From positions 3,597,254 to 3,661,253 of the forward strand of contig OZ255836.1 of NCBI GenBank assembly GCA_965277715.1: a stretch of DNA of 64,000 nt. The letters run 5' to 3'. The notes beneath the pieces were generated by a model. It did not search any database and had not been told where the DNA came from. It saw only the letters and a list, made by a program, of their open reading frames with translations. Made by a program: the position numbers and the translations under genes. The stretch's first letter is position 1. Every line of letters starts with the position of its first letter. The DNA comes from Gammaproteobacteria bacterium. Its GTDB lineage: Bacteria; Pseudomonadota; Gammaproteobacteria; JBCCGL01. Below are positions 38,638-50,565 of the stretch, piece by piece.

Positions 38638-41600
38638 TCAGGCCGCTTTCTTCAGGGTTGATAACAGTGATTCCAGCTCCGCCGCTTTGGGTTTAACCAG
38701 CCAGAAGCGTGAAGACATGCCATAAAAATCGTCGAGGATTTCTTCACCCCAAGCGCTACCCGTCTCACTGACGTGCTCTTGCAGGGCGTCGTACAGGAAG
38801 CGTTTATAGGCTTCAAGTGGTTCTGAAAACAGGCGATGAATATCGATGAGTTCGTGGTTGTAGCGGTCGACAAAGACATTGTGCCTGTCCAGTACCAGTG
38901 CGAAGCCGCCGGTCATGCCCGCGCCGAAGTTGCCGCCGGTTTCGCCGAGTACGACCATAGAACCACCGGTCATGTACTCTGCCCCGTGGTCACCGACACC
39001 TTCCACCACCGCCTGTGCGCCGGAGTTGCGCACACCAAAGCGCTCGCCTGCCTGGCCCTCGGCAAAGAGTTTGCCGCCAGTCGCACCATACAGGCAGGTA
39101 TTGCCCATGATGCTGCTGTCACGCGGTTTATAGCGAATGCCGGTGGGGGTGCGCAACACCAGTTTGCCACCGGCCATACCCTTGCCCACGTAGTCATTGG
39201 CGTCGCCGTGCAGGGTCATATGCAGGCCATCCGCGTTCCACACGCCAAAGCTCTGGCCAACGGTGCCTTGCAGGTTGAGGGTGATAGGGGTATCGGCCAT
39301 ACCTGTGTCGCCGTGTTGGCGGGCGATTTCACCCGATAATCGCGCCCCGACCGAACGGTCGGTATTGCGCACAGTAAAATCGAAATGACCGCCGGTCTTG
39401 TTGGCAATGGCATCACGGCAGGCAACCAGCATGGTTTCGGCCAGTTTGCCTTTGTCGAATGGTTGGTTGCGCGTAACGGTACAGTGGCGCGGTACATCGG
39501 CGGGGACGCCTGCGTCTGAAACGATAGGGGTGAGGTCCAGGCCGTGTTGCTTATCGGTTTCACCATCGAGTTGGGTGAGCAGGTCGGTGCGGCCGATCAG
39601 TGCGTCTATTGAGGGGACACCCAGCCGTGCCATGTGTTGGCGGGTGTCTTCAGCCACAAAACGAAAGTAGCGCATGACTTTTTCAACGCTGCCACTGAAG
39701 TGGCGCATACGCAGTACCTTGTGTTGGGTGGCGACGCCTGTGGCGCAGTTGTTGAGGTGGCAGATACGCAGGTATTTGCAGCCCATGGCAATCATTGGGC
39801 CTGTGCCGAAACCAAAACTCTCCGCACCGAGAATGGCCGCTTTGATGACATCCAGCCCGGTTTTCAGGCCGCCATCGGTCTGTACCCGCACTTTATCGCG
39901 CAGTTTGTTGGCGCGCAGCACCTGGTGGGTTTCAGAGAGGCCCAGCTCCCAGGGGCAACCGGCGTATTTGACCGAGCTGAGGGGGCTGGCACCGGTGCCG
40001 CCATCGTAGCCGGAGATGGTGATCAGATCGGCGTAGGCTTTGGCAACCCCGGCGGCGACGGTGCCAACGCCGGGCGCAGCAACCAGCTTTACCGAGATCA
40101 AGGCGTCGGGGTTGACTTGCTTCAGGTCGAAGATCAGTTGCGCGAGGTCTTCGATTGAGTAGATGTCGTGGTGTGGTGGCGGGGAGATCAAGGCGACACC
40201 GGGCAGTGAATGGCGCAACCGGGCGATGGTTTTGTCAACTTTGTGACCGGGTAGCTGGCCGCCCTCACCGGGCTTGGCGCCTTGGGCAATTTTGATTTGC
40301 AGCACTTCGGCGTTGACCAGGTAGTGTGGAGTGACGCCAAAACGACCGGAGGCGATCTGCTTGATCTTCGACATTTTGAAGTTGCCGTAGCGCGCTTTAT
40401 CTTCGCCACCCTCGCCGGAGTTGGAACGCCCACCGAGGCGGTTCATGGCCTCGGCCAGGGTTTCATGGGCCTCGGGTGACAGGGCGCCGAGCGACATACC
40501 CGCTGAATCAAAACGCCGGTAGAGCGATTCGATGGGTTCGACGTCATCCAGCGGGATTGGTGTGGTGTCTTCGCGCAGTGCCAGTAGGTCACGGATTTGC
40601 GCAACCGGGCGCTGGTCAACCAAATCGGCGTAAGCTTTGTAGTCGTGCCAGTCGCCGTGGTTAACGGCCTGTTGCAGTGACTGCACCACATCGGGGTTGT
40701 AAGCGTGGTACTCGCCTTTGTGCATGTATTTCAGCAGGCCGCCCTGGCTGATCTGTTTGCGTGGGTTCCACGCCTGTTTATCGGCGTGTTGTAGTTCAGC
40801 TTCGATATCGCCAAACCCCGCGCCCTGGATGCGGCTGGTTGTGCCCTTGAAGCACAGATCGACAATTGTGCGGTTGAGGCCGACGATTTCGAACAATTGC
40901 GCGCCACGGTAGCTGGTGATAGAGGAGATACCCATTTTTGAGATGATTTTTAACAGGCTTTTGTTTAGGCCGGTGCGGTACATCTGCTCAAGTGCGGGTA
41001 TATCATCACTTTCAAGCTCGCCGCGCCTGGACATGCCCTGTATGGATTCGTACGCCAGGTAGGGGTAGATGCAGGTGGCGCCGTAGCCAACCAATACGGC
41101 GATATGGTGGGGGTCGCGGGCGCTGCCGGTCTCGACCATGATATTGCTGCGGCAGCGTAAACCCTCGTCGATCAGCCGGTGGTGAATAGCGCCAGTGGCC
41201 ATCAGGGCGGGTACCGGCAACATGCCCTGGCGCAGCTCGCGATCCGAGATAACAATGATTACCGCACCGTCTCGCACTGCACGCACGGCCTGGTTGGTGA
41301 TGGCGATAACCGCTTTTTCCAGGCTGAGGGTTGTGGGGTCATAATTTAGTTCGATACGCTCGTGGGCGTAGTCCGGGTCTGAGTAGGCCAGCAGGGTGTC
41401 GAATTTTTCCCGCGATAGTACCGGAGAGCGCACCAATAACCGTTTGGCATATTCGGGCTGTTCGTCAAATAGATTGTGCTCGCGGCCAATGCAGGTCTCC
41501 AGCGACATCACCACTGCCTCGCGCAGGGGATCGATGGGGGGGTTGGTGACTTGGGCAAACTGCTGGCGGAAGTAGTCGAACAGCGAGCGTTGCTGGCGGG

Positions 41601-43122
41601 ACAACACCGGGAACGGGCTGTCATCGCCCATCGAGCCGACAGCTTCCTGTCCCTGCTCGCAGAGGACGCGCAGTATCTGGTCACACTCTTCAAAGGTGAC
41701 GCCGAACATTTTTTCAAAAACGGCCAGGGTGGCGTTGTCCATTGCCGGTTGGGTTTGTTCTATATCGCGCAACCGTGATCGCAGGTGTACTGAGTAGCGC
41801 GACATCCACTTGGCGTAGGGCTGGCGGGTTTTGAGGATATTGTTAATCTCACGTGGCAGAATCAGCGCACCCGTGGCGGTGTCGACGGCCAGCATTTCAC
41901 CGGGGCGCAAGCGCCCTTTGGACACTACCTCATCGGAGGTGTAATCGTGTACACCGACTTCGGATGCCAGGGTGATATGCCGGTCGCGGGTGATCACGTA
42001 GCGCGCCGGGCGCAGGCCGTTGCGGTCCAGCGCGCAGCAGGCGTAGCGGCCATCGGTAAACACCAGTCCGGCGGGACCGTCCCAGGGTTCCATGTGCATA
42101 GAGTTGTATTCGAGAAATGCCCGCAGTTCGTAGTCCATTTGGTCGACGTGTTGCCAGGCGGGCGGCACCAGCAGCTTGCTGGCGCGAAACAGTTCCATGC
42201 CACCAGACAGTAAGACTTCGAGCATATTGTCGAGCGAGCTGGAGTCAGAGCCCTGCATCGAAACAATGGGGTGCAGGGTGTTAAGCTCAGGTAGAACCGC
42301 TGAGTGGAAGCGGTGCGCCCGCGCTCGCGCCCAGTTGCGATTGCCCTGGATGGTGTTGATTTCTCCGTTGTGAGCGAGGTAGCGAAACGGTTGTGCCAGT
42401 TTCCACTGGGGCAGCGTGTTGGTGGAAAAACGCTGATGAAACACGGCGATAGAGGAAGCCATATCCGGGTCGTTGAGGTCGGGGAAGAACACCGGCAGTT
42501 GCGCGGGCATGATAAGCCCTTTGTACAGAATCACTTCGCAGGCGAGTGTGCAGATGTAGAAATCACTATCATCCGGGGCGCTTGCGTCGAGCATCAACTC
42601 TGCTTTGCGACGCGCTACAAACAGGTGGCGGTTAAATTCGGCGCGTTTCATGGTGCTGGGTGCGTTGACAAAAATCTGTTCAATAAGCGGTAGGGATTCC
42701 AGTGCCTCTGCGCCACAGGCTTGTGGGTTAACCGGTACTGTGCGCCAGCCGACAACCTGCAGACCACGGGCTTCGATTTGTGCATTCAGTGTGGTGCGTG
42801 CATGTTCGGCTTTGTCTGAGTCACGATTTAAAAAAATATTGCCGACAGCGAATTGCTCCGCTAAGGGGAAATTGCAGGCACGCGCTACTTTTTGCAGAAA
42901 GGCTTTGGGTTTACGCAGTAGCAGGCCGCAACCGTCGCCGGTTTTTCCGTCTGCCGCTACGGCACCACGATGGGTTAGGCGCACCAGTGATTTGATAGCG
43001 GTTTGGACCAACTGGTGGCTGTGCTCGCCGTCAATGTGGGCAATCAGGCCAAAACCGCAGTTGTCGTGTTCGAATGAAGGTTGGTAAAGTCCGTACGCGG
43101 CAGCGCGTTCGAGTCGGTTCAT
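38638..43122 (-). CDS. gltB: glutamate synthase large subunit
   Basis: A 1494 aa protein. It carries the N-terminal Cys amidotransferase domain (MNRLE...DNCGFG), the FMN domain, and the C-terminal GXGXG domain. Confidence 0.95.
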   Translation of the reverse strand: MNRLERAAAYGLYQPSFEHDNCGFGLIAHIDGEHSHQLVQTAIKSLVRLTHRGAVAADGKTGDGCGLLLRKPKAFLQKVARACNFPLAEQFAVGNIFLNRDSDKAEHARTTLNAQIEARGLQVVGWRTVPVNPQACGAEALESLPLIEQIFVNAPSTMKRAEFNRHLFVARRKAELMLDASAPDDSDFYICTLACEVILYKGLIMPAQLPVFFPDLNDPDMASSIAVFHQRFSTNTLPQWKLAQPFRYLAHNGEINTIQGNRNWARARAHRFHSAVLPELNTLHPIVSMQGSDSSSLDNMLEVLLSGGMELFRASKLLVPPAWQHVDQMDYELRAFLEYNSMHMEPWDGPAGLVFTDGRYACCALDRNGLRPARYVITRDRHITLASEVGVHDYTSDEVVSKGRLRPGEMLAVDTATGALILPREINNILKTRQPYAKWMSRYSVHLRSRLRDIEQTQPAMDNATLAVFEKMFGVTFEECDQILRVLCEQGQEAVGSMGDDSPFPVLSRQQRSLFDYFRQQFAQVTNPPIDPLREAVVMSLETCIGREHNLFDEQPEYAKRLLVRSPVLSREKFDTLLAYSDPDYAHERIELNYDPTTLSLEKAVIAITNQAVRAVRDGAVIIVISDRELRQGMLPVPALMATGAIHHRLIDEGLRCRSNIMVETGSARDPHHIAVLVGYGATCIYPYLAYESIQGMSRRGELESDDIPALEQMYRTGLNKSLLKIISKMGISSITSYRGAQLFEIVGLNRTIVDLCFKGTTSRIQGAGFGDIEAELQHADKQAWNPRKQISQGGLLKYMHKGEYHAYNPDVVQSLQQAVNHGDWHDYKAYADLVDQRPVAQIRDLLALREDTTPIPLDDVEPIESLYRRFDSAGMSLGALSPEAHETLAEAMNRLGGRSNSGEGGEDKARYGNFKMSKIKQIASGRFGVTPHYLVNAEVLQIKIAQGAKPGEGGQLPGHKVDKTIARLRHSLPGVALISPPPHHDIYSIEDLAQLIFDLKQVNPDALISVKLVAAPGVGTVAAGVAKAYADLITISGYDGGTGASPLSSVKYAGCPWELGLSETHQVLRANKLRDKVRVQTDGGLKTGLDVIKAAILGAESFGFGTGPMIAMGCKYLRICHLNNCATGVATQHKVLRMRHFSGSVEKVMRYFRFVAEDTRQHMARLGVPSIDALIGRTDLLTQLDGETDKQHGLDLTPIVSDAGVPADVPRHCTVTRNQPFDKGKLAETMLVACRDAIANKTGGHFDFTVRNTDRSVGARLSGEIARQHGDTGMADTPITLNLQGTVGQSFGVWNADGLHMTLHGDANDYVGKGMAGGKLVLRTPTGIRYKPRDSSIMGNTCLYGATGGKLFAEGQAGERFGVRNSGAQAVVEGVGDHGAEYMTGGSMVVLGETGGNFGAGMTGGFALVLDRHNVFVDRYNHELIDIHRLFSEPLEAYKRFLYDALQEHVSETGSAWGEEILDDFYGMSSRFWLVKPKAAELESLLSTLKKAA

Positions 43123-43230
43123 GCTAAGTCTCTATTGGAATCGGTTCGAACCCGCCGAAGGCGGCCAGGTATTATAGCGTTTTGCGTTGGGTAGTGCTAT
43201 TGAGCTGTTGAATGGAATGGCTGTCGGTAT

Positions 43231-44748
43231 TTATGGCAGGTGTTTTACAATCTCCTGCTGAACCGATTCTATCGAGCGAACCCACGGTGTATTGTGCCGC
43301 AGCTCGTTGGGCAATTTTGCAATGGCGGCTCGGGCAGCCCCAGCGCTGGTGTAGATACCATAGGTCAATACATGCCAGCGCCGTGTGTTTCGGCTGGTTT
43401 CAAACAGGGCCGTTTGTGATTCGATGCTGTTGTTGCGGATGTGTTCTGATAAATCATTGCCGTCGTAGGAGGCCATTAACTGGATTGTGTAGTTCGCCGG
43501 TTTTTGCTTGAGTAGCCATTGCGCTGACTGGCTAGGCTGGCGTTGTGCCGGGCGTTTTTTTACCGGTGGTGTGCTCTGTGTGCTGGGTTGTGTGTCTTCT
43601 ATGGTATGTTCTTTTACCTGCTTTGGAGGGAGTAGTATTATTTTCTGTACTGGGGCGGGGGGTGTCACCTCATGCAAGCTGGTGAAGGTGTTGGCAGTTG
43701 ATGTGTCGGTCTCGCTACGTTGCGTTACTGCCGGTGTTTCGGTCGATGCTTGGCTATCCGGCAAGGGTGCATTAATGGCATCGGTGTCTGTTTGGGTTGT
43801 TGTTACCGGGGTAGGCATTGCCTGCCCGGACTGAGCAGTTTCACCCCCTTCATCAGGTTCCTCAACCACGACAAACAGTAATAGGGCTATGGCAATAATA
43901 CTGGTGGCTGCAGTGGCTATCAGACGTAACGGTAATGCCTGCAAAAAGGCGCCAATAGAGTGTGGCTTTGTCTGTTGGTTGAGCATGCTGGCCGCCACTG
44001 TGTCCAGTTGCTGGGGAATGCCGTCGGTATTGTCGTACAAATTGCGCAGTTGTTTATCATTAAAAGGCAGGTCGCCGATAAAACCGGCCTGTTGTAGGCG
44101 GTATTCAAGGTATTCGCGGGTGCGCTGGCGATCCAGGGCGCGCACGCTGGAGATAAACACTTTACCTGCGCGCAACTGGGCCGATGTGAGCTTGGGCAGT
44201 ATAGATTCGATCACAGGGTCTGCTACCAGCAGTATACGTAATTCACCATCAAGCACTTCGTTGATGTGGTCGGTGTACGCCAGTAGTTGGTTGAGTGTGC
44301 CCACTGAGATAGCGTGGGCATTCTCAACAATCAATACACTGGAGCAGTTTTTTTCCAGGCGTATTTTTAGATGATCAATAAGTAATTCAAGACAGGTTTG
44401 CGTTGCATCGGGAATCGGGAGCTGGAATATTTTTAACATGCCGAGGAGAATTTGTGGTGCTGTCAGCGTCGCTTTACCCCGGACGATAAAAATCTGCAGC
44501 TCATCATTTGCCCTGCTCAGCATCTGGATAACCAGTGCGGTTTTGCCGCTGCCAGCATCTCCCTTGAGTATTTGCAGCATATCGCTGAATCTCAGGTTGT
44601 GTTGCAGCATATTAAGCTGCATTTTCATCACTGCATCACTGAAGTACTCCTGTCCATCTGGCTGCTCACAAAACGGTTGTGTGTGCAGGCCCAAGGCCTG
44701 CATTGCCCGCTCGCTGAGTACCGACTGATTATCCAGGTGTGGATTCAT
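43231..44748 (-). CDS. SPOR-domain protein with N-terminal AAA-like ATPase domain (DamX/PA5037-like)
   Basis: Contains the Walker A motif GDAGSGKT, a low-complexity T/Q/P linker, and a C-terminal SPOR domain. Confidence 0.7.
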   Translation of the reverse strand: MNPHLDNQSVLSERAMQALGLHTQPFCEQPDGQEYFSDAVMKMQLNMLQHNLRFSDMLQILKGDAGSGKTALVIQMLSRANDELQIFIVRGKATLTAPQILLGMLKIFQLPIPDATQTCLELLIDHLKIRLEKNCSSVLIVENAHAISVGTLNQLLAYTDHINEVLDGELRILLVADPVIESILPKLTSAQLRAGKVFISSVRALDRQRTREYLEYRLQQAGFIGDLPFNDKQLRNLYDNTDGIPQQLDTVAASMLNQQTKPHSIGAFLQALPLRLIATAATSIIAIALLLFVVVEEPDEGGETAQSGQAMPTPVTTTQTDTDAINAPLPDSQASTETPAVTQRSETDTSTANTFTSLHEVTPPAPVQKIILLPPKQVKEHTIEDTQPSTQSTPPVKKRPAQRQPSQSAQWLLKQKPANYTIQLMASYDGNDLSEHIRNNSIESQTALFETSRNTRRWHVLTYGIYTSAGAARAAIAKLPNELRHNTPWVRSIESVQQEIVKHLP

Positions 44749-44751
44749 TAC

Positions 44752-45840
44752 TTAGCTATAGTATGCCGACAGGGTTTTTTGAAGGTCTTCACGGGAATAA
44801 TCGCTGGTGACAATGGCCTGGCCAATGCCTTTTAACAGTACCAGATTGAGCACGCCGTTCCGCACTTTCTTATCGACCGACATTAAATCGATGAATTGCT
44901 GTGGGTTCATATCGGCTGGTGGGTCGACGGGTAATTTCACTGCGACCAATAACTGGCGCAGGCGTTGTGTCTGTTGCGCTTCGATCCAGCCGAGGTTTTG
45001 GGATAGCTGCGCGGCCATGCACATGCCGGTAGCAACCGCTTCGCCGTGGAGCCAGTTACCGTAACCGCTGGCGGTTTCGATGGCGTGACCAAAAGTGTGG
45101 CCGAGGTTTAGCAGTGCCCGCTTGCCCTGCTCGCGCTCGTCCTCCGCTACAATGCGCGCTTTGTGGGTGCAGGACTGTTCGATAGCATGGGTGAGCGCAC
45201 CGGGTTCGCGTGCCAATAACGCAGCGGTATTGGCTTCGATCCAGGTAAAAAAGCCGGGGCTGTCGATGACCCCGTATTTGATCACTTCTGCCAGTCCGGC
45301 GCTTAGCTGGTTGTTGTTGAGTGTTGAGAGTGTATCGGTGTCGGCAATGACACAGCGCGGTTGATGAAATGCCCCGATCATATTTTTACCCAAGGCATGG
45401 TTGACACCGGTTTTTCCACCGACGGATGAATCCACTTGCGCCAGCAGGGTTGTCGGTATCTGAATAAAATCGACACCACGCTGATAGCTGGCGGCGGCAA
45501 AGCCAACCAAATCACCGATAACACCACCACCCAATGCGATCAGTGTGCAGTGCCTGTCAAAACGCTGTTGTAACAGGTGTTGGTAGATCTGGTTGAGGGT
45601 GTCCAGCGTTTTGTATTGCTCGCCATCAGGCAGGATCAGTGTATCGGTTTCAAACTGGGCGACTGATTGCAGGGCGTGCTTGAGATACAGCGGTGCAACC
45701 GTTTCATTGCTGATGACCATGACTTTTTGCCCGCGTATGTGCTGGCTGATCAACGCGGGGTCTTGTAGCAGTTTAGGGCCGATGTATATGGGGTAGCCAC
45801 GGGTGCCGAGGTCTACCTGAAGTCGAGTGGTTGCGCTCAT
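44752..45840 (-). CDS. aroB: 3-dehydroquinate synthase
   Basis: A 362 aa protein with the GGGVIGDLVGFAAA motif and metal-binding His residues. Confidence 0.9.
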   Translation of the reverse strand: MSATTRLQVDLGTRGYPIYIGPKLLQDPALISQHIRGQKVMVISNETVAPLYLKHALQSVAQFETDTLILPDGEQYKTLDTLNQIYQHLLQQRFDRHCTLIALGGGVIGDLVGFAAASYQRGVDFIQIPTTLLAQVDSSVGGKTGVNHALGKNMIGAFHQPRCVIADTDTLSTLNNNQLSAGLAEVIKYGVIDSPGFFTWIEANTAALLAREPGALTHAIEQSCTHKARIVAEDEREQGKRALLNLGHTFGHAIETASGYGNWLHGEAVATGMCMAAQLSQNLGWIEAQQTQRLRQLLVAVKLPVDPPADMNPQQFIDLMSVDKKVRNGVLNLVLLKGIGQAIVTSDYSREDLQKTLSAYYS

Positions 45841-46361
45841 GGGGATTCGTCTTTGTATTTTTGTAAATAGCGGCAGATTTTTTCGATGACGTTTTTCATA
45901 TTGCGATTATTTGAATTAATTTCAAGGTTCGCCAGTGAGCGGTAAATAGGCATACGTTCTTCGCGTAGTTTCTCCAGTATTGCGCGTGGATCTTGTGTTT
46001 GCAGCAGCGGGCGGGTTTTGTCCTGACGGGTTCTCGCCAGTTGTTCATCTACTGATATGTTGAGCAGAATGACGTGTCCGCGTGTTTGTAGATACTCTCT
46101 GTTTACCGGGGCGAGTACCCCACCACCGCCGGTGGCTAAGACGATATTATGTTTACGCGTGAGCGCGTCGATAATACTGGTTTCACGGGTGCGAAACCCC
46201 TGTTCTCCCTCGTATTCAAAAATGGTGCGGATATCCACCCCTGTACGGTGCTCAATTTCTTTGTCACTATCGAAAAATTCCCTTTGCAGTTTACGCGCCA
46301 ACTGACGACCCACCGTCGTTTTTCCTGCACCCATCGGCCCAATTAGAAAGATATTGTTCAT
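45837..46361 (-). CDS. aroK: shikimate kinase
   Basis: Contains the Walker A motif GPMGAGKTTVG. Its stop overlaps the aroB start. Confidence 0.9.
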   Translation of the reverse strand: MNNIFLIGPMGAGKTTVGRQLARKLQREFFDSDKEIEHRTGVDIRTIFEYEGEQGFRTRETSIIDALTRKHNIVLATGGGGVLAPVNREYLQTRGHVILLNISVDEQLARTRQDKTRPLLQTQDPRAILEKLREERMPIYRSLANLEINSNNRNMKNVIEKICRYLQKYKDESP

Positions 46362-46539
46362 AGTTTAGGAGGTTTTTGCCATTAGCTGCACTTTACCCTA
46401 AATTAATAGGGTAGCGAATGGTATTGCGGTACATCTCGATACGCGATTCCCTGTCGATATCCTTCGAGCGCTTAAATCCGACAACTTCAGGCGGTAACTG
46501 CGCGATAGCTGTCGTATCCCCTAAACAGCCGTGAGCCGC

Positions 46540-48780
46540 TTAATAATCGATAGCGGGGTTCTCCTTAATAATTTGCGGGGTAATGAAAACCAGCAGCTCG
46601 GTTTTATTATCTGTGTTGGACTTGTTTTCAAACAACCGACCAACCAGAGGCAGGTCGGCAAAAAAGGGCACACGGGTGATTGTGCTGCTAATAGTTTGTT
46701 CGTAGATACCACCGAGCACCAGCGTTTCACCATTATCCACCAGTACTTGGGTCGTTACTTCACGTGTGTCAATGCTCGGCACCTGCACACCATTGCCAGG
46801 GCTGAATAGTTGACCAACAGTATCCCGGGTTACCACCAGATCCATAATGACCCGGGAGTCCGGTGTAATTTGTGGCGTCACCTCAAGTGACAGAACAGCG
46901 TTGCGAAAAGAAACCGTAGCAGCACCGCTGGATGACGCTTCCAAAAACGGGATTTCGACGCCCTGTTCAATCTTGGCGGTGCTTTGACTGGTGGTGATCA
47001 GGCGTGGGCTGGAGATAATTTCACCCCGGGTTTCCGCCTGCATTGCCGATAGCTCCAGTTCCAGTAGGGTGCCGAAGGGGAGCTTCGCCAGGGCCAGGGC
47101 AATCGAGGAGGAGCCTGTCGGTGCGGGGAGGTTGACATTAAACCGTTCCGTGCCAAGTGTCGTAGCGTTATTAAGGAGGTTAGTGATGCCTAGTTGACTC
47201 CCCGAGGTGATAATGCCTTCACTGTTATTGGTGGTGTCCCGACTAACGCCAAAACGTACACCAATGTCTTTGGTGAAGCCGTCGTTGGCAACGACGATGC
47301 GCGCCTCGATAAGTACCTGTTGCACGGGAATATCCAAGCGGTGAATCAGGCGGCGCGCCTCGGAGAGTTTACCGTCGATATCATGGATGAGTAAGGTGTT
47401 GGTGCGGTCATCTACGGATACGCTGCCTCGCTCAGATAAAACGCCGCCGCCCTCGGTTTGCAGAATAGCGGCCAGATTACTGGCTTTCGCATAGTTGATT
47501 TGCATAAATTCTGTGTTGAGTGGCGCCAGTTCCTCGACTTGTTGCTGGGCTTCCAGCTCAACGCGCTCGCGTGCGGCAATTTCTTCTGTGGGGGCAACCA
47601 GCAATACGTTGCCATTATCCCGTTTGCCCAGTGATTTGGTTTTCAGAATAATATCGAGTGCCTGATCCCACGGCACATTTTTTAAACGCAAGGTCAATTT
47701 GCCGGTAACGGTGTCACTGACGACGATATTCAAATTGGTGAAATCGGCCAATAACTGCAGCACGGAGCGCACTTCGATGTCCTGAAAATTGAGGGACAGG
47801 CGTTCACCGGTATAGCCAAACCGCTCTTTTATCTGCTCGTTCAGTTCCTCTTCCGCAATCGGTTTTAGTTCGACAGTGAAAATATTGTCTGATTGGTAGG
47901 CAAGCTGTTCAAAGTCACGTGATACAGGCTCAATAACGATGCGGATATTGCCATCATTTTTAAAGGTATCGACATAGCGGATGGGGGTGGCGAAGTCGAG
48001 CACATCGAGTCGGCGAACCAGCGCATCGGCAATATCTGCTGCGAGAAAATCGACGACAATATTATCACCTGATTGGCTAATATCGACGGGTATACCCATT
48101 TCAGATAATGCGAATATTACTCTGCCTTCACCGTTTGGCCCACGGCGAAAGTCGATATTGGTTACTGCCCGCCCCACTGGAGTGATCTCAGCGAGCGCCG
48201 GGTTTGATGAGAGCAGCCCTGGTGCACTTTCTGGTGCGGCTGAACCGGCGACTGGGTTTGGCGTTGTGGTTACCGCTTCGGTAGTACTCGTTCCGACGAT
48301 GCTCGTCAATGCCACGTCTTGTGTGTCTAAAGTGATATATACCACGTTGCCATCGACCTGTGTTTCGTAGGGGACCAGATTGCTGAGGTTGATGACGACA
48401 CGGGTACGGCCACCCGATTCCACGGTGTTGATTGTGCGGGCAATGCCCACGCCTACGGGCACTACCCGTTCGGCCAGATTATTGCGGGTGTTGGCCAAAT
48501 CGAGTGCGATACGTGCAGGGTTTTCAATGGTGAAGCCACTCGGCTTTTCGGCGGGTTCGGACAACTGCAGGGTAATTTGTAGGCGATTGCCGGGGAGTGT
48601 GCTGTAGTTGATCGCATCCAGGCTATTTGCGGCAATACTTGAAAACGGCAGTAGTAGGCCAAGTGTAAGGCACCATACCATAACAGAGTGTTTCAGCTTG
48701 ACAGGTGTCCTGGAAAGAGGAGGCCACTTGGTGGTCTGTTGGTATGCCGCTGCTAAAGCAGGGCGTTTTTTGTTATTCAT
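46540..48780 (-). CDS. pilQ: type IV pilus secretin PilQ
   Basis: AMIN domains (TIENPARIALDL) and a secretin C-domain are present. The start is ambiguous, with candidate ATGs at 48798, 48780 and 48681. Confidence 0.85.
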   Translation of the reverse strand: MNNKKRPALAAAYQQTTKWPPLSRTPVKLKHSVMVWCLTLGLLLPFSSIAANSLDAINYSTLPGNRLQITLQLSEPAEKPSGFTIENPARIALDLANTRNNLAERVVPVGVGIARTINTVESGGRTRVVINLSNLVPYETQVDGNVVYITLDTQDVALTSIVGTSTTEAVTTTPNPVAGSAAPESAPGLLSSNPALAEITPVGRAVTNIDFRRGPNGEGRVIFALSEMGIPVDISQSGDNIVVDFLAADIADALVRRLDVLDFATPIRYVDTFKNDGNIRIVIEPVSRDFEQLAYQSDNIFTVELKPIAEEELNEQIKERFGYTGERLSLNFQDIEVRSVLQLLADFTNLNIVVSDTVTGKLTLRLKNVPWDQALDIILKTKSLGKRDNGNVLLVAPTEEIAARERVELEAQQQVEELAPLNTEFMQINYAKASNLAAILQTEGGGVLSERGSVSVDDRTNTLLIHDIDGKLSEARRLIHRLDIPVQQVLIEARIVVANDGFTKDIGVRFGVSRDTTNNSEGIITSGSQLGITNLLNNATTLGTERFNVNLPAPTGSSSIALALAKLPFGTLLELELSAMQAETRGEIISSPRLITTSQSTAKIEQGVEIPFLEASSSGAATVSFRNAVLSLEVTPQITPDSRVIMDLVVTRDTVGQLFSPGNGVQVPSIDTREVTTQVLVDNGETLVLGGIYEQTISSTITRVPFFADLPLVGRLFENKSNTDNKTELLVFITPQIIKENPAIDY

Positions 48781-48797
48781 TCTAGTATTTCGCCACA

Positions 48798-49391
48798 TTA
48801 CTGGTCTCCCAGAGAAATGGATACGGCCCGGTTTACCCAGTTTCCCTGACTATCAGGGATAAGTTCATTAATACTGATCTTTGTTTCGTTGACGTCGATA
48901 ATTTTTCCATCGTTTTCACCGGCATAGCTACCCGCCTGCACGCGGTGAATAGTGCCGTTGGGGTCTTGTACTAATCCCCAGATAGTATTGTCTTGTTCCA
49001 GTGCGCCGACCATTTTCAATGAATCCAGCGAGAATGCTTCGAGCGGTTCGCGCCGACGTTGTTGATCGGGTAGTGGGCTTGCTGATGGCAGAGTTTCCTC
49101 AATAGCCTGCTCGGCGACGAAGGGGTCACTTACCAATGAGGCATCGTAGGTAAACGACTGATAGGACACAATTTCGGGTAGCGGTTCGACTTCACCCAAG
49201 TGTTTCTTCTTTATTTGTGCCACGTATTGTTCAAGGTCACTGATATCATTTGAGCAGCCGCTTAACCCTGTGATGGTAATTGCTACAATGATCGCCAGGG
49301 AGAGACTAAGGGCGCCTCTATCTTCAGCACTATTTTTAGCCGTATCCTTGAGTGGCGCCATTTTTTCGCCTTTGACATGTATAACCGACAT
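48798..49391 (-). CDS. pilP: type IV pilus assembly lipoprotein PilP
   Basis: Carries the lipobox LSGC. Its position in the pilMNOPQ operon is as expected. Confidence 0.8.
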   Translation of the reverse strand: MSVIHVKGEKMAPLKDTAKNSAEDRGALSLSLAIIVAITITGLSGCSNDISDLEQYVAQIKKKHLGEVEPLPEIVSYQSFTYDASLVSDPFVAEQAIEETLPSASPLPDQQRRREPLEAFSLDSLKMVGALEQDNTIWGLVQDPNGTIHRVQAGSYAGENDGKIIDVNETKISINELIPDSQGNWVNRAVSISLGDQ

Positions 49392-50002
49392 TAACCGCCT
49401 CCCTCTTCCAGATAGCGATAGGTGGTTGCCGTCAAGCTCATTTGCAAACGGCCAGATGAATCGTCCAGGGGCGTTATCATAATGTCATGCAATGTGACGA
49501 TACGCGGTAATGCCGCCAAGCCACTGACAAAATTGCCAAACTGATGGTAGTTGCCACTGACATTCAATGTGATGGGGTATTTCGCATAGAATTCTTCATG
49601 TATCTCATCTTCGGGTTTGAAAGACTGAACCTCCAGCCCTGCAGCGATACTGGTTTGTGACAGGTCAATCAGCAGGTTTTCGATATCAATTTTGTCGGGT
49701 AGCTGGCGCAACATCACGCCGAATGAACGCGTCATTTCGTTGAGTTGGTTACGGTAGGCGTCCAGGTTGGCGGCTTTTTTCTGTTCGTTGTTAAGTGTTG
49801 TGCGCAGTTGCGCCTCACGCTTTTCCAGGGCGGTTAGCTGGTTGTATGCGGGCAATGAAAATAACCACACACCCAGGCCCAATAACAGCAGCATCGATAT
49901 TGTGATAAGCGCTATGCGTACACCCAGTGGTGCGCTGCCGACTCTGGCGAGGTCGTCGGTGTCCAGTGACTGTAAGTCTTCAAAGGCTTGTTGAATATCC
50001 AT
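49391..50002 (-). CDS. pilO: type IV pilus assembly protein PilO
   Basis: A single transmembrane helix followed by a periplasmic domain. Operon context supports the call. Confidence 0.8.
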   Translation of the reverse strand: MDIQQAFEDLQSLDTDDLARVGSAPLGVRIALITISMLLLLGLGVWLFSLPAYNQLTALEKREAQLRTTLNNEQKKAANLDAYRNQLNEMTRSFGVMLRQLPDKIDIENLLIDLSQTSIAAGLEVQSFKPEDEIHEEFYAKYPITLNVSGNYHQFGNFVSGLAALPRIVTLHDIMITPLDDSSGRLQMSLTATTYRYLEEGGG

Positions 50003-50004
50003 CG

Positions 50005-50565
50005 TTATTGTGCCTGCTTACTGATTTGTGGATTGGCTTGTTCTAATTGGAGTGTAAATGAGCTAACGCTTTTGTCTGCGTTGGCCTCGATAATATCCAG
50101 CCGGGGTTCGGTAAACCACTCGGAGTTGTGCAGGTTGCGCATAAATGCGGATACACGCGAATTGGATTCAGCTTTGCCCTGCAGCGTAATCGTGTCCTGC
50201 TGTTGCTCGATAGCGGTGAGTTTGACACCTTCTGGCAGGGCATTGGCGAGTTCATAGAATACATGCACAACTTGTGGTCGGCGCGTTTGTAGCTGCTGAA
50301 TGATTTCGGTGCGCGCCAATAGCTGTTGTTTGGTATTTTCCAGCTCGCCGATCTCGATCAGTTCCGCTTTCAGCCGGTCGATCTCCACTTGCAGGTATTG
50401 ATTGCGACGGTTTTGATAGTCAATCTGGCCGTCTATGAAAAACACGGTATAAAATACGATGGAGCCTACTAATACTGCACCTAAAAATAGCTGTTGGGTA
50501 AAGGCTTTCGTTTTGCGTTGGCGTTCCTCGTCACGCCACGGCAGCAGGTTGATTTTGGTTGACAT
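50005..50565 (-). CDS. pilN: type IV pilus assembly protein PilN
   Basis: The N-terminal INLLPWR motif is present. Confidence 0.85.
   Translation of the reverse strand: MSTKINLLPWRDEERQRKTKAFTQQLFLGAVLVGSIVFYTVFFIDGQIDYQNRRNQYLQVEIDRLKAELIEIGELENTKQQLLARTEIIQQLQTRRPQVVHVFYELANALPEGVKLTAIEQQQDTITLQGKAESNSRVSAFMRNLHNSEWFTEPRLDIIEANADKSVSSFTLQLEQANPQISKQAQ

Noticed and set aside
39634-40158. A 174 aa plus-strand ORF, with several others at 38836-39339, 41476-41778 and 42304-43087, antisense to gltB.
   Set aside because: They lie entirely inside the well-supported 1494 aa gltB frame and have no recognisable domains. They are typical high-GC antisense frames.
43135-43165. GGTTCGAACCC, a tRNA T-arm-like motif, in the gltB-SPOR intergenic region.
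   Set aside because: No acceptor stem, D-arm or anticodon arm can be formed. The gap is only 108 bp and is flanked by protein-coding genes.
46395-46420. ACCCTAAATTAATAGGGT downstream of pilQ shares CCTAAATT with the MITE TIR.
   Set aside because: Only an 8-9 nt match, which is expected by chance. It forms its own small 6 bp hairpin and has none of the other TIR sequence.
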